Positions 48,908 through 58,701 of a stretch of DNA of 64,000 nt are shown in pieces. Numbering within the stretch: position 1 is the stretch's first letter; each line of letters begins with the position of its first letter. The notes under the pieces were generated by a model. The model made no database searches. It was not told the DNA's origin and was given only the letters and a program-made list of their open reading frames with translations. The translations under genes and the position numbers were made by a program. This stretch comes from Candidatus Zixiibacteriota bacterium (lineage in GTDB: Bacteria; Zixibacteria; MSB-5A5; GN15; JAAZOE01): NCBI GenBank assembly GCA_043819555.1, contig JBDREQ010000031.1, forward strand, positions 1 through 64,000, in the 5' to 3' direction.

Positions 48908-50776
48908 ATGTGTCGTAAAACTTATTTGGGGTATAAACTTCTGGTCGGATTAATTATCATAATCCTGCCTATATCAAATTCGTGGTCGATAGACCGGCTG
49001 ACCGATCCATATGAAATTTATCAGAAACATTATGAGGCTATAGGCGGATTTGACATAGAAAAGAACGAGACCTCCCAACAAATTGAAGCTGAACTGACCG
49101 CCTTTGGCCTTCAGGGTACCATTAAGATTTGGACTGAAGTTCCATTATTCGAAAGGCAGGAAATCGATTTAACGGTTTTTAAACAAATAATGGGGGATAA
49201 TGGCCAATTTAGCTGGACTGAAGATGCTAACGGGAAAGCCACAATCAATCGTGATGAAAATACGTTGAAGCGAAGAGAGATTAATAAATTGAAGGCCGAA
49301 TACGAGCATCTTGATCCCCGGTCATCCACATTCACGCTCACTTTTGAAGGTATTGAAACGGTTGGGGGTTCAGAATGCTATGTTATCAAGACAACCAATA
49401 CCCTAAACAATGATTATGAATTGACCTATTTCAATATTGAGAATTTCATGATTGAAAAGACCTCCGAAATTACTCCCGACGAAGAAACTTATACGGTGTA
49501 TTCAGACTATCGAAAAGTAAACGGACTGTTTCGCTCATTTAGCCAGGAAGTCACGATAATGCCAGACGGCAATATCTTGAGCATAAACGTTACTAAATAT
49601 GAATCGAATATCGAAATTGATCCAAGTCTGTTTGAACCTTCCGGAGGAGAAGTTCGAGACTTTCAATTTGTCGAGGGTGATTGTTCGCTTGATATTCCTT
49701 TTGTATATTCGCTAAATCATATCCTGATTCCTGTCAATGTTGCCGGTAAGGAACGATTGTGGATTTATGATACCGGCGCCAGTATCAGTGTAATCGACAC
49801 TGATTTTGCTCGTTTATTGGGGATAAAGCTTGAGGGGGAAATCAAGGGCCAGGCAACCGGTCATACAATCTCCGCTTCGTTTATCCAAATGCCTCCGTTT
49901 AGCATTCAGGGAATAAATTTTGACACCCAGACAATTGCCGCGATAGATTTGAAAAATCTTTTTGCCCGAGCTGGTTGGGATGCGGTCGGCATTTTGGGGT
50001 TTGATTTCATTTCCCGTTTTGTCAGTAAGATTGACTATGCCAACCGCACCATCTCGTTTTACGATCCTCAGTCATTTGAATATGACGGTGACGGTGTTAT
50101 ACTCCAAACTCCTCTTACGGAAAATATTTTAAGCTTGTCCGCCTCGGTCAACGGCCAATATTCGGGAATGTGGCAACTCGACATCGGCGCTACAGGAACG
50201 ACAATCCACTACCCTTACGCGGAGAAAAACGGATTTCTTGACCTGCCCGGTGTCGATAATGTGGGCATGGGGGCAGGCGGTTTTAATTTTGACCGCAGGG
50301 TTCTCTTCGAAACATTTGAAATAGCAAATTTCATTGTCGATAAACCAATTATATCAATACCGCTTCAACAATCGACCGGAGCGCACAGTTCGGTTGAATC
50401 AATCGGCACTATCGGAAATGATATCTTAAGGCATTTCATACTCTATCTCGATTATAACAATCAGCGCATGATCTTTGAAAAGGGAAGTGATTTCGGTAAG
50501 ACATTCCCTAGACAAAAAAGCGGATTGCAGGTTATGTATGGCGACAAAGGTCAACTGGAAGTTATTTTTGTATCTCCAAACACGCCGGCCGCGAAATCAG
50601 GATTTAAAAAAGATGATATAATTTCCGCCATTAATGATATTGACGTGGCTAATTTGAAAGGGTTGACCGCATTCAGGAATTTAATGAAGGCTGATGCCGG
50701 CACAGAATACGAATTCACAATAATCCGCGACGGTCAAACAAAAAATCTTAAATTAAAATTACGGGAGCTTTATTAG
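48908..50776 (+). CDS. Secreted aspartyl protease (two retropepsin-like domains) with N-terminal LolA-like and C-terminal PDZ domains
   Basis: YDTGAS..GILG and LDIGA..GTIG motifs; PDZ SPNTPAAKSG. Confidence 0.8.
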   Translation: MCRKTYLGYKLLVGLIIIILPISNSWSIDRLTDPYEIYQKHYEAIGGFDIEKNETSQQIEAELTAFGLQGTIKIWTEVPLFERQEIDLTVFKQIMGDNGQFSWTEDANGKATINRDENTLKRREINKLKAEYEHLDPRSSTFTLTFEGIETVGGSECYVIKTTNTLNNDYELTYFNIENFMIEKTSEITPDEETYTVYSDYRKVNGLFRSFSQEVTIMPDGNILSINVTKYESNIEIDPSLFEPSGGEVRDFQFVEGDCSLDIPFVYSLNHILIPVNVAGKERLWIYDTGASISVIDTDFARLLGIKLEGEIKGQATGHTISASFIQMPPFSIQGINFDTQTIAAIDLKNLFARAGWDAVGILGFDFISRFVSKIDYANRTISFYDPQSFEYDGDGVILQTPLTENILSLSASVNGQYSGMWQLDIGATGTTIHYPYAEKNGFLDLPGVDNVGMGAGGFNFDRRVLFETFEIANFIVDKPIISIPLQQSTGAHSSVESIGTIGNDILRHFILYLDYNNQRMIFEKGSDFGKTFPRQKSGLQVMYGDKGQLEVIFVSPNTPAAKSGFKKDDIISAINDIDVANLKGLTAFRNLMKADAGTEYEFTIIRDGQTKNLKLKLRELY

Positions 50777-50806
50777 AGACAAACCAAGGTCTTTATATCT
50801 AACTCT

Positions 50807-50836
50807 GGCAGGGAGACTCAATCCCTGCCTTTTTTT
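50807..50836 (+). terminator. Intrinsic terminator
   Basis: GGCAGGGA...TCCCTGCC followed by T7. Confidence 0.85.
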
Positions 50837-50857
50837 ATTGTATATTTTGCGTATACC

Positions 50858-51364
50858 TCACCTCGACAATGCCCGGACGATTTCGCCGGCATACATGCGA
50901 TGGTAGTCGTTGTTGTATTCGGTATCGATTTTGGGGTCGAGGAAATTGGACGGATCAAAATCCTGATAATAAATTTTGCGGCATTCCAAAACGATGCGGG
51001 CTTCCTCAAAATAAACAGAGCCGGTTTCGCCCACTGTTGGAGTCAGGCCGAGGCCTTTTATTTTATCGATATCGCGGCCAGATTTCGTGCCGCATAATTT
51101 GAGAATATCCCGGTATTTTTCCTCAAAGAATGTTAGCGTAAAACAATCGTGCTTCTCCAGAAATTCATATGTGTACCGAGTTGGTCGGACAAAACAAAAG
51201 GCTACTTTCTTATGCCACAATTCGCCCAGCGTCCCGTAGCTGGCGGTCATAGTGTTGAACGATTTGAGCGTTCCGGCAGTAATGAGCATCCAGTCCATTC
51301 CGATTAATTTGAAGGGATTGTCTTTTATCAGCGACGGATCGATCGGTATTAGCTTTGCGGCCAT
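50858..51364 (-). CDS. Flavin reductase-like protein (flavoredoxin family)
   Basis: WMLITAG, NTMTAS, VRPTRYT, GTKSGRD and YH.MY.GEI motifs. Confidence 0.9.
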   Translation of the reverse strand: MAAKLIPIDPSLIKDNPFKLIGMDWMLITAGTLKSFNTMTASYGTLGELWHKKVAFCFVRPTRYTYEFLEKHDCFTLTFFEEKYRDILKLCGTKSGRDIDKIKGLGLTPTVGETGSVYFEEARIVLECRKIYYQDFDPSNFLDPKIDTEYNNDYHRMYAGEIVRALSR

Positions 51365-51465
51365 ATTGCGCATCCTTTCATGTGATTTCGTATCAAATAT
51401 TATGATATCTTATTGCATAAGCAAATGATTTTCTATATTAAAATGTTGAGAATCAATTTTTGGAT

Positions 51466-51722
51466 GGTGGCCCTTCGGAAAAATCAGAGAAGCGTGTTTT
51501 TGAGGTAGATTCCCGCAGGGAGCGTTGACGATAGCTGGTAAATATTTTTATACTAACTTGCATGGTGCGTCTTAAACATTATGATGGTAAAAGAACCCTG
51601 CGATTGGGAATGGACGAGTTATAATCGGTATCAGGGAAAACGTGATGTGCCGTTGGAGATTAATGGAATTGAATTATAGGCTCCAAGCGGGAACCCACCC
51701 CAGCAAAGCTGGGATGGGCCAC
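51466..51722 (+). mobile_element. Internally deleted RAYT transposase flanked by inverted REPs
   Basis: Left REP 51466-51516, promoter TTGACG-N18-TATACT, MVRLKHYD start (51562) joined out of frame to VKEPCDWEWTSYNRY...* (to 51679), and right REP 51687-51722. Confidence 0.7.
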
Positions 51723-51788
51723 GGGTCATGTTTTCAAGGGCGGACCACCGGCTTGTTGTGTTCAATAAAAAGATATTGATTACCGAAA

Positions 51789-51826
51789 GCCCATCCGAAA
51801 AATTAGATTTTCGGATGGGTTCCAGC
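51789..51826 (+). repeat. Third REP copy
   Basis: GCCCATCCGAAAA-loop-TTTTCGGATGGGTTCCAGC. Confidence 0.7.
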
Positions 51827-51854
51827 ATTGAGTAATTTTACGGATTATCGAGTT

Positions 51855-53027
51855 TTACGGATTATCAAGAGTGAAAATCTGAACTCGTCCGTTATGGCCG
51901 TCGGCTACATATAGTTTATTTCCGTGCAGGCGGGCGTCATACGGCGCGAGAAACATTCCCGGGGCGTCGCCTGGACCTGCCAATCCGGATGTTTCCCAAC
52001 CCATCGTAACGGTACTATCGGATTTTCCGCCCAGCCATCCGATAAAATGACCGTCAATATCGAATTTCTGAATGCGATGATTGGTGTTGTCGGTTATTAT
52101 CATGAATTCATTATTGACCAGTTGCAGAGAAACCGGGGCATTGAATCCGCCCGGTAAATCCGACGCGGTGGACAGACCGGTGTTTTCCCAGCCGTCGGTC
52201 AATCCTCCGGCGGCGCGGCCTCCAATCCAGCCAAGGAATTGGCCGTCCTGGCTGAATTTCTGGACGCGATGATTTCCCGTTTCGACGACATATAGATTTC
52301 CGGCATCATCGACCTGAACCATATGCGGCTTAAAAAATCCGCCCGGTTCGTACGATATTTGTGCCGAACCGGTATCGGCGAAACCGTTGGTCATGGCGCC
52401 CGAAGCGTATTGGCCCATCCACCCGATTAGATCTCCGGCCGGATTAAATTTGAAAATCCGATGAGCGTTAAAATCGCTGACCCAGAGATTAAAATCATTA
52501 TCAAAATTCGCATTGGCGCAACCGTCAAAACCGAGTTCCGGGCGGGACGGAGGATCAAAAAACAATCCTTTAAATATGCCCAATGAAGAATAAATATGGA
52601 CGCGTCCGTTCAGATAGTCGGCAACATAGATATTGCCGGCCCGGTCAAAATCAACCGAGTGCGGCATATTCAACATGCCTATTTCGGTTCCTCGGTCAGG
52701 CTGGCCGGAGAAATGCCACCCTGATTCGGAATTGGCAACGCCTTCGACCATGCCGAGCCATCCTCTGAATTGCAGACGGCGATCAAATCGCACGACGCGG
52801 CCTTCTTTCAGTTCGGAAACGTAGATGTCTCCGCTGGGTTTGACGGTTATTCCATACGGCCCGACGAAGCCAGAAATGATGTTAAGTCCTCCGCCATCAT
52901 ATTCCGCGTTTTCCGTTGTCCACTGCGATTCAATTAACATTAAGTCGAAAAGCCTCTTGCATGATACCAGACTGAGTAGAATAATTCCCAGCAGTATAAC
53001 GCTTTTATATTTGTTAGAAAAAGACAT
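51855..53027 (-). CDS. NHL-repeat beta-propeller lipoprotein
   Basis: Lipobox LVSC; repeated P.....D..GN.YV.D..N.RV..F. Confidence 0.85.
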   Translation of the reverse strand: MSFSNKYKSVILLGIILLSLVSCKRLFDLMLIESQWTTENAEYDGGGLNIISGFVGPYGITVKPSGDIYVSELKEGRVVRFDRRLQFRGWLGMVEGVANSESGWHFSGQPDRGTEIGMLNMPHSVDFDRAGNIYVADYLNGRVHIYSSLGIFKGLFFDPPSRPELGFDGCANANFDNDFNLWVSDFNAHRIFKFNPAGDLIGWMGQYASGAMTNGFADTGSAQISYEPGGFFKPHMVQVDDAGNLYVVETGNHRVQKFSQDGQFLGWIGGRAAGGLTDGWENTGLSTASDLPGGFNAPVSLQLVNNEFMIITDNTNHRIQKFDIDGHFIGWLGGKSDSTVTMGWETSGLAGPGDAPGMFLAPYDARLHGNKLYVADGHNGRVQIFTLDNP

Positions 53028-53161
53028 AATATTATCCCCCGTCAAAAATCCGTTGTATCATAGATATATTATTTATCGGGCATTCGGCCGATAAAATCAA
53101 TAGGCTGTGAGCCAAATAATTCTACTTAAGAAAATTGGAATGTGTGCCGAAAAAGTGTTAG

Positions 53162-53191
53162 TTGACATTTTCTATAACGGGGGCATATAAT
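53162..53191 (+). promoter_or_regulatory. sigma70 promoter
   Basis: TTGACA-N18-TATAAT. Confidence 0.7.
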
Positions 53192-53227
53192 CACTATCGC
53201 GATATCGAATAATGTCTCTTAAAATAA

Positions 53228-54475
53228 GTGACCAATCGCAAAGGAGGGTGTGTTATCAAAACGCAAATAACTGTCAAAAAGCGCGAAACTAATCGCATTG
53301 TTGCCGGAAAAAGCGAATATATTCGTTATTGTACCCGCTGTGTGATGCCGGAAACCAAACCGGATCTGTATATCGATGAAGAGGGAGTTTGTAACGCCTG
53401 CCGCAGTTTTGAAAACCGGGCGGTCGTGGATTGGGATACCCGCAAAACTGAACTGCAGGAGATTCTCGAAAAGTACCGCAACAAAAACAGCACCAATTAT
53501 GATTGTATTGTCCCCGTAAGCGGGGGGAAGGACAGCACTTTCCAGACAGTCAAACTTCTGGAAATGGGCATGAATCCGTTGTGCGTAACATCAACGACAT
53601 GCAAACTATCGGAAATCGGCAGGAATAACATTGAGAATTTGAAAATGCGCGGTGTTGATTATGTTGAATTTACCACCAATCCGCTGGTACGCCGCAAAAT
53701 TAATCGTATTAGTTTGCAGCAAATAGGCGATATTTCATGGCCGGAACATTTGACGATTTTCACAATTCCGGTTCGCCTGGCGGTACAAATGAATATCCCA
53801 CTCCTGATTTGGGGTGAAAATTCGCAGAATGAATATGGCGGTCCGGCTGCCGATGCCGACAGTAATATTCTCGACCGGAGATGGCTGGAAGAATTCGGCG
53901 GTCTTCTTGGTTTGCGTGTGACCGATTTAATCGGACAGGAAGATATCAAGGCAAGCCATATTGTCAGCTATACTTACCCGACGGATGAAGAGCTAAAAAA
54001 AGTCGGAGTCACGGGATTGTTCCTCGGATATTATTTCCCCTGGGATGGTTATACCAATGCACTTTTTTCGCAGGGTTATGGCATGCAGACATATCCGACA
54101 GCAATTGAAGGTTCCTTGGTCAATTATGAAAACCTGGATAATCTGCAAACGGGGATTCATGATTATTTCAAATATATCAAGTACGGTTTCGGACGCACTA
54201 CTGATTTTTGCTGCCTGCATCTCAGGCGGGGAAGACTGACGCGCGAGGATGCCATTGAACTGGTCAAAATGCGCGATGGCAAATTCCCGTGGACCTATCT
54301 GGGGGTTTCCATCGAAGATATTCTAAAAGATATAGATATGGCGATTGATGAGTTTATTACGATTTGTGATCGCTTCACCAATAAGCGTCTTTTCAAATGC
54401 GATGCCCGCGGCAACCTCATCAAAGACCGCGACGGCAATCTGACCAAAATTAACTATGACAACATGGATAAGTAA
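53228..54475 (+). CDS. N-acetyl sugar amidotransferase (PseA/WbuX family); start uncertain
   Basis: CxxC...CxxC, VSGGKDS PP-loop, WGEN and KYGFGR motifs. Confidence 0.9.
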   Translation: MTNRKGGCVIKTQITVKKRETNRIVAGKSEYIRYCTRCVMPETKPDLYIDEEGVCNACRSFENRAVVDWDTRKTELQEILEKYRNKNSTNYDCIVPVSGGKDSTFQTVKLLEMGMNPLCVTSTTCKLSEIGRNNIENLKMRGVDYVEFTTNPLVRRKINRISLQQIGDISWPEHLTIFTIPVRLAVQMNIPLLIWGENSQNEYGGPAADADSNILDRRWLEEFGGLLGLRVTDLIGQEDIKASHIVSYTYPTDEELKKVGVTGLFLGYYFPWDGYTNALFSQGYGMQTYPTAIEGSLVNYENLDNLQTGIHDYFKYIKYGFGRTTDFCCLHLRRGRLTREDAIELVKMRDGKFPWTYLGVSIEDILKDIDMAIDEFITICDRFTNKRLFKCDARGNLIKDRDGNLTKINYDNMDK

Positions 54476-55092
54476 TGAGTGAAGTTGCCATAGTCGATTA
54501 TGGAATGTGTAATCTCGATTCGATTGGGCGGGCTGTCGAAGAATGCGGCGGCCGCCCGATAATTACCGAAAATCCCGATGATTTGAAAACGGCCTCCCAT
54601 ATTATCCTGCCCGGCGTGGGTGCCTTTCCCAACGGTATGAAAAACCTGGTTGAACGAGGCTTTGCCAAGGTTCTCAATAAAGAAGTTCTCGAAAACGGCG
54701 TTCCGTTTCTCGGTATCTGTCTGGGGATGCAGCTCATGGCCCGGAAAAGTCACGAAGGCGGTTCAACCGAGGGATTGGGCTGGATCGACGGTGATGTGCT
54801 TAAATTGGAACCGTACGGCGAAGATACGCGTATTCCGCATATTGCCTGGAATGAAGTCTATCCCGAAGGACAGCCGGTTATATTCGAAAATATCGAACCG
54901 GGCAAAGATTTTTATTTTGTGCATAGTTATCATCTGGCCTGCGAGAATAAGAATCAAGTATTGGCTACAACTCCATACGCGGCCGGATTCGTGTCGGCTG
55001 TAGGATATGATAATATCTTTGGGGTTCAGTTTCACCCTGAGAAAAGCCAGAAGGTTGGTTTTCAGGTTCTCCGCAATTTTCTATCATTGTAG
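54475..55092 (+). CDS. HisH-like glutamine amidotransferase (WbuY type)
   Basis: LPGVG, GICLGMQ, YFVHSY and QFHPEKS motifs. Confidence 0.9.
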   Translation: MSEVAIVDYGMCNLDSIGRAVEECGGRPIITENPDDLKTASHIILPGVGAFPNGMKNLVERGFAKVLNKEVLENGVPFLGICLGMQLMARKSHEGGSTEGLGWIDGDVLKLEPYGEDTRIPHIAWNEVYPEGQPVIFENIEPGKDFYFVHSYHLACENKNQVLATTPYAAGFVSAVGYDNIFGVQFHPEKSQKVGFQVLRNFLSL

Positions 55093-55101
55093 CGAGGTCA
55101 A

Positions 55102-55863
55102 ATGTCGGTCAAAATTCGAGTAATGCCCACTTTGTTATACAAAGACCTCGGTTTGGTCAAGGGCAAGGGTTTTGACTCATGGAGGCGTTTCGGCGGCGTC
55201 ATGCAGGCGGTCAAAGTATATAATATGCGGGAGGTCGATGAGCTTGTATTCGTCGATGTCACGGCAACCAACCAGGGGCGCGAACCTGATTATGAAATCG
55301 TTGATGAAATCGCTGATGAATGTTTTATGCCGTTGACGGTAGGCGGCGGAATAAAATCGGTTGAGCATGTTCGCCGGCTTCTGATGGTCGGGGCCGATAA
55401 GATCGCGATTAATTCCGAAATAGTCGAAAATCCCGAACTAATCCGGCGGGTGGCCCGCAAATTCGGTTCGCAGTGCATGGTTGCTTCCATAGATTTCAGA
55501 TGCCATGAAAACGGCAAATATGAAGTGTTTACCCAATCGGGGACCAAACCAACGGGTCTCGATCCGGTCGAGTGGGCCAAAACCGTTGAGGAATACGAAG
55601 CCGGAGAAATCCTGTTGACGTCGGTTGAACGCGATGGGACTATGATCGGATATGACGTTGAATTGACTCAAAAGGTATCTGAGGCCGTTTCAATACCGGT
55701 TATCGCATCCGGTGGAGCCGGAGAATATGAACATATGGCTCAGGTATTGAGCGAAGGCCAGGCATCAGCCGTGGCCGCCGGCGCCATTTATCATTACACG
55801 CAGCGAACCCCGCTTGAAGCCAAGAAATATCTTAAGGAACACGGCTTTAACGTTCGCATCTAA
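55102..55863 (+). CDS. HisF-like ammonia-channel subunit (WbuZ/AglZ type)
   Basis: PLTVGGG, GEILLTS.ERDGT and ASGG motifs; the HisF catalytic Asp11 (PCLD) is replaced by PTLL. Confidence 0.9.
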   Translation: MSVKIRVMPTLLYKDLGLVKGKGFDSWRRFGGVMQAVKVYNMREVDELVFVDVTATNQGREPDYEIVDEIADECFMPLTVGGGIKSVEHVRRLLMVGADKIAINSEIVENPELIRRVARKFGSQCMVASIDFRCHENGKYEVFTQSGTKPTGLDPVEWAKTVEEYEAGEILLTSVERDGTMIGYDVELTQKVSEAVSIPVIASGGAGEYEHMAQVLSEGQASAVAAGAIYHYTQRTPLEAKKYLKEHGFNVRI

Positions 55864-55893
55864 AACACCAATATAAACCAATAATCATTGAGG

Positions 55894-57408
55894 TTAAGTA
55901 ATTTTATTTTTCAGGGCGGCTAATCTGCCCCAGAGGAAAGCTTTTTCTTCTCCATTGAGAAGGTACTTGTAATTTATCAGATAATTGGCGATAAGGGTAA
56001 CCGCGATGCATGAAATTATTGGAATCATCTGTCCTTTGAAAACGTATCTCAGCGCGAAATGCATCAGCATGAATAATACACTGGTGAAGGCAATTGGAAA
56101 GAGAGGTTTAATGGCATCGCCGAGTTGGAATTTTAGAAATTTCTTCATTGCCAGAAGATATGGGATTAGACCGAAGGCTTCACCGCAGAATGCCCCGATC
56201 ATGAGGCCGGGCAGGCCGATAAATTGAAGAAGACTCAGGCTTAATCCTACATTTATTATGGTCGATACAATCGCGATCCAGATCGTTTGTTTGACTTTTT
56301 CCAGACCGACAACCATTGTTGAGGCTACCGAAGGAATCGGCAATACTATATATACCGCCAGCAATATCAAAGCCATGTACGCATGAGGCACGAATTCTTC
56401 CCCAACCCAAAGACGCAAAAGATCATTTATATACACGCCCATGACGGCAACAATTGGAAGAATTATCAGATACGCATAGCGAGTCAGATTAATGAATAAG
56501 GTGCTGATCGATTTCAAGTCTTTGAGCTGGTGCAGACGGGCAACTTCGGGGACAATGGCAGAATTAAGGACGCTCATAACCAGCCTCAAAAGATTTGCGG
56601 GCCGTGAAACGACGTCGAAAACTGTCATGCTGGATACGGTCAGGTACAGCCAAATCAGGAACTTGGGAGACTGATTGCAAATCAGGCCTATAATTCGGTT
56701 GATAAACAATATGGAGCTATAGTTGACCAAAGTTCTGAGAAGTTTCCAGTCAAAGTGAACACGCATTTTTCTGAAATATGAAAGCTTAAAAGCGAAAATG
56801 TATAGCAGGATGAGCAGCATTATAAAAGTCAGGCCGGCAATTATCGCAAAGGCGTATTCGATGCGCTGATACTTGACGGCAATGAAGATAATAAGCAGAT
56901 AACGGGCGGTTGTGATAATCGAGCTTAGTAATTTGGTAATCACGAAGCGTCGCATACCCTGCAAAACTGCCATAAAGGGAACTGTCAGGAATTGCAAAAA
57001 TATGTTTATTGAAATAAATGAAATCGCGCGGCGAATGCTGACAATACCAATCGTGCCATTTTCTTCGATTAACCTCCCCGCGATAATGTCGCCCGCCAGA
57101 TAAATTCCAATTCCCAAAATTAAACCCAGGAGCGCATAGTATAATATTGAGGCCGACAACGTATCCTGTAATTTGCGCTTATCCTTATCGGCGTCAAAAC
57201 GGGCCACATAATTCATCAGCGATCCTTCCATTCCCAAATCGAAGAATGAAAGAGCTCCGTATATGCTGAATATGCTGAGGAACACGAAGGCGCCGTATCC
57301 GTCAACACCGAAATGTTTAATCAGAATAGGTGTCGCCAGAAGGTTAAGAACAATCAGGACGAAATAATCTAATGACGTAAAGACGGTATTTTTAAATAAT
57401 CTTTTCAT
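55894..57408 (-). CDS. wzx: Wzx-type oligosaccharide flippase
   Basis: About 14 TM segments; ATPILI..FG.DGYG, DLG and LWVGEEF motifs. Confidence 0.85.
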   Translation of the reverse strand: MKRLFKNTVFTSLDYFVLIVLNLLATPILIKHFGVDGYGAFVFLSIFSIYGALSFFDLGMEGSLMNYVARFDADKDKRKLQDTLSASILYYALLGLILGIGIYLAGDIIAGRLIEENGTIGIVSIRRAISFISINIFLQFLTVPFMAVLQGMRRFVITKLLSSIITTARYLLIIFIAVKYQRIEYAFAIIAGLTFIMLLILLYIFAFKLSYFRKMRVHFDWKLLRTLVNYSSILFINRIIGLICNQSPKFLIWLYLTVSSMTVFDVVSRPANLLRLVMSVLNSAIVPEVARLHQLKDLKSISTLFINLTRYAYLIILPIVAVMGVYINDLLRLWVGEEFVPHAYMALILLAVYIVLPIPSVASTMVVGLEKVKQTIWIAIVSTIINVGLSLSLLQFIGLPGLMIGAFCGEAFGLIPYLLAMKKFLKFQLGDAIKPLFPIAFTSVLFMLMHFALRYVFKGQMIPIISCIAVTLIANYLINYKYLLNGEEKAFLWGRLAALKNKIT

Positions 57409-58661
57409 TGAATCATCGTGTCAATAGCTTCAAAAAACCGAGAGCTGACATGCCCATCCGGTTTATGCAGATATTTATTAATGAACGCTTCGCGTTTTTT
57501 TATGTTTTCTTCAGAAAAATTGAAATCTTTGCGGTCTTGATTAAAAAACCGCTGGCATATCTTTTTGAAATCTTCAAAAGATTTTGCAGTAACGATTCCG
57601 GGAGCATCATGAAAAGGAAGGATATCGTTTATTAAATCGCGGTAATTTTCATCCCAGCAGGTATAGATCACTTTTTTATTCATAAACATTGCTTCAATAA
57701 CACCGGTTGTTTGAAAGGCAATGATTAATTCCGATCGTTGAATAAGCTCGTTAGCAACCGCCGCGCCGCCAATAACAGCCAGATTATCAAGCTGATATTT
57801 TTCATGCAAAAAGGCCAGATCGGATTGCTGAGGATGGGTTTTGATTACAAAATTGTATTTTGGATTGCCCTTGGCCAAATCGAAAATAAAATCATGAGTT
57901 TCGGTTTTCATTGTATTCCAATTAATTCCCTGCCGGGCAAGATATGGCGGGACATAGGCCGTATCTTCGTATGAAAACAAGGTTATCAATGGTCTGGAAC
58001 TATTAAAATACTTATCGATCGCCTCATTTTGCTGGCAATGAAATAAATCCGAACGGGGCTGGCCCAAAACGGTAATCAATTTTTCGGGAACTCCGATTTT
58101 TTGCCAGTATTGTTTTTGCCTGTCACTCCACACGAAAATATGATCGGATATAAAAGGTGCTCGTTCGCGTATCCGTTTTGCCTCGGCGTCAAAATCAAAG
58201 GGAGATATCAATCCTTCTTTATCAATCACGAAAGTTTTGATATCATGATCATGCCCGACGGCAATCAATTCCCGAATCCACCAGAAAATATCGGATGGAG
58301 TAATTATCAAGTTGATATTAAAACGGCGATTCAGGAGTTTAAAGATATGCCGGCATTCCGTCTTCCATGCCCGGCGGTTGGCTTCACTTTCATTGACATA
58401 GGGAGCATTAATTTGAATAACATCATTTGAAAAAAACAGTTTGCCTCCTCGCACCAGGCGAGGCGCATCCACGATTATAAAATTATACTTTTCATTGACT
58501 CGAGCCAGCGCGAATAAATCCTGGTCATAGAAATGATTCAAAGCCAGAATTGTCTTTTTGGCCGGATCATATTCCGGATTTAGTCCATTGATATATTTGC
58601 CGACCAGATAGCGGTAGATGATTCTTTTGATCTGGCGAATCAAATTATTCGGCTGCTCCAT
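57405..58661 (-). CDS. GT-B fold transferase, candidate pseudaminyltransferase
   Basis: GQPRSD, KTHP and TGVIEAM..KKV motifs; directly after pseI. Confidence 0.6.
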   Translation of the reverse strand: MEQPNNLIRQIKRIIYRYLVGKYINGLNPEYDPAKKTILALNHFYDQDLFALARVNEKYNFIIVDAPRLVRGGKLFFSNDVIQINAPYVNESEANRRAWKTECRHIFKLLNRRFNINLIITPSDIFWWIRELIAVGHDHDIKTFVIDKEGLISPFDFDAEAKRIRERAPFISDHIFVWSDRQKQYWQKIGVPEKLITVLGQPRSDLFHCQQNEAIDKYFNSSRPLITLFSYEDTAYVPPYLARQGINWNTMKTETHDFIFDLAKGNPKYNFVIKTHPQQSDLAFLHEKYQLDNLAVIGGAAVANELIQRSELIIAFQTTGVIEAMFMNKKVIYTCWDENYRDLINDILPFHDAPGIVTAKSFEDFKKICQRFFNQDRKDFNFSEENIKKREAFINKYLHKPDGHVSSRFFEAIDTMIQ

Positions 58662-58701
58662 CCCGTATTAAACATCTTCCCTGATGTTTTGATTTAACTA
58701 C

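Noticed and set aside
54475..55863. Histidine biosynthesis hisH/hisF
   Set aside because: The context and the loss of the HisF catalytic Asp indicate sugar-amidation paralogs.
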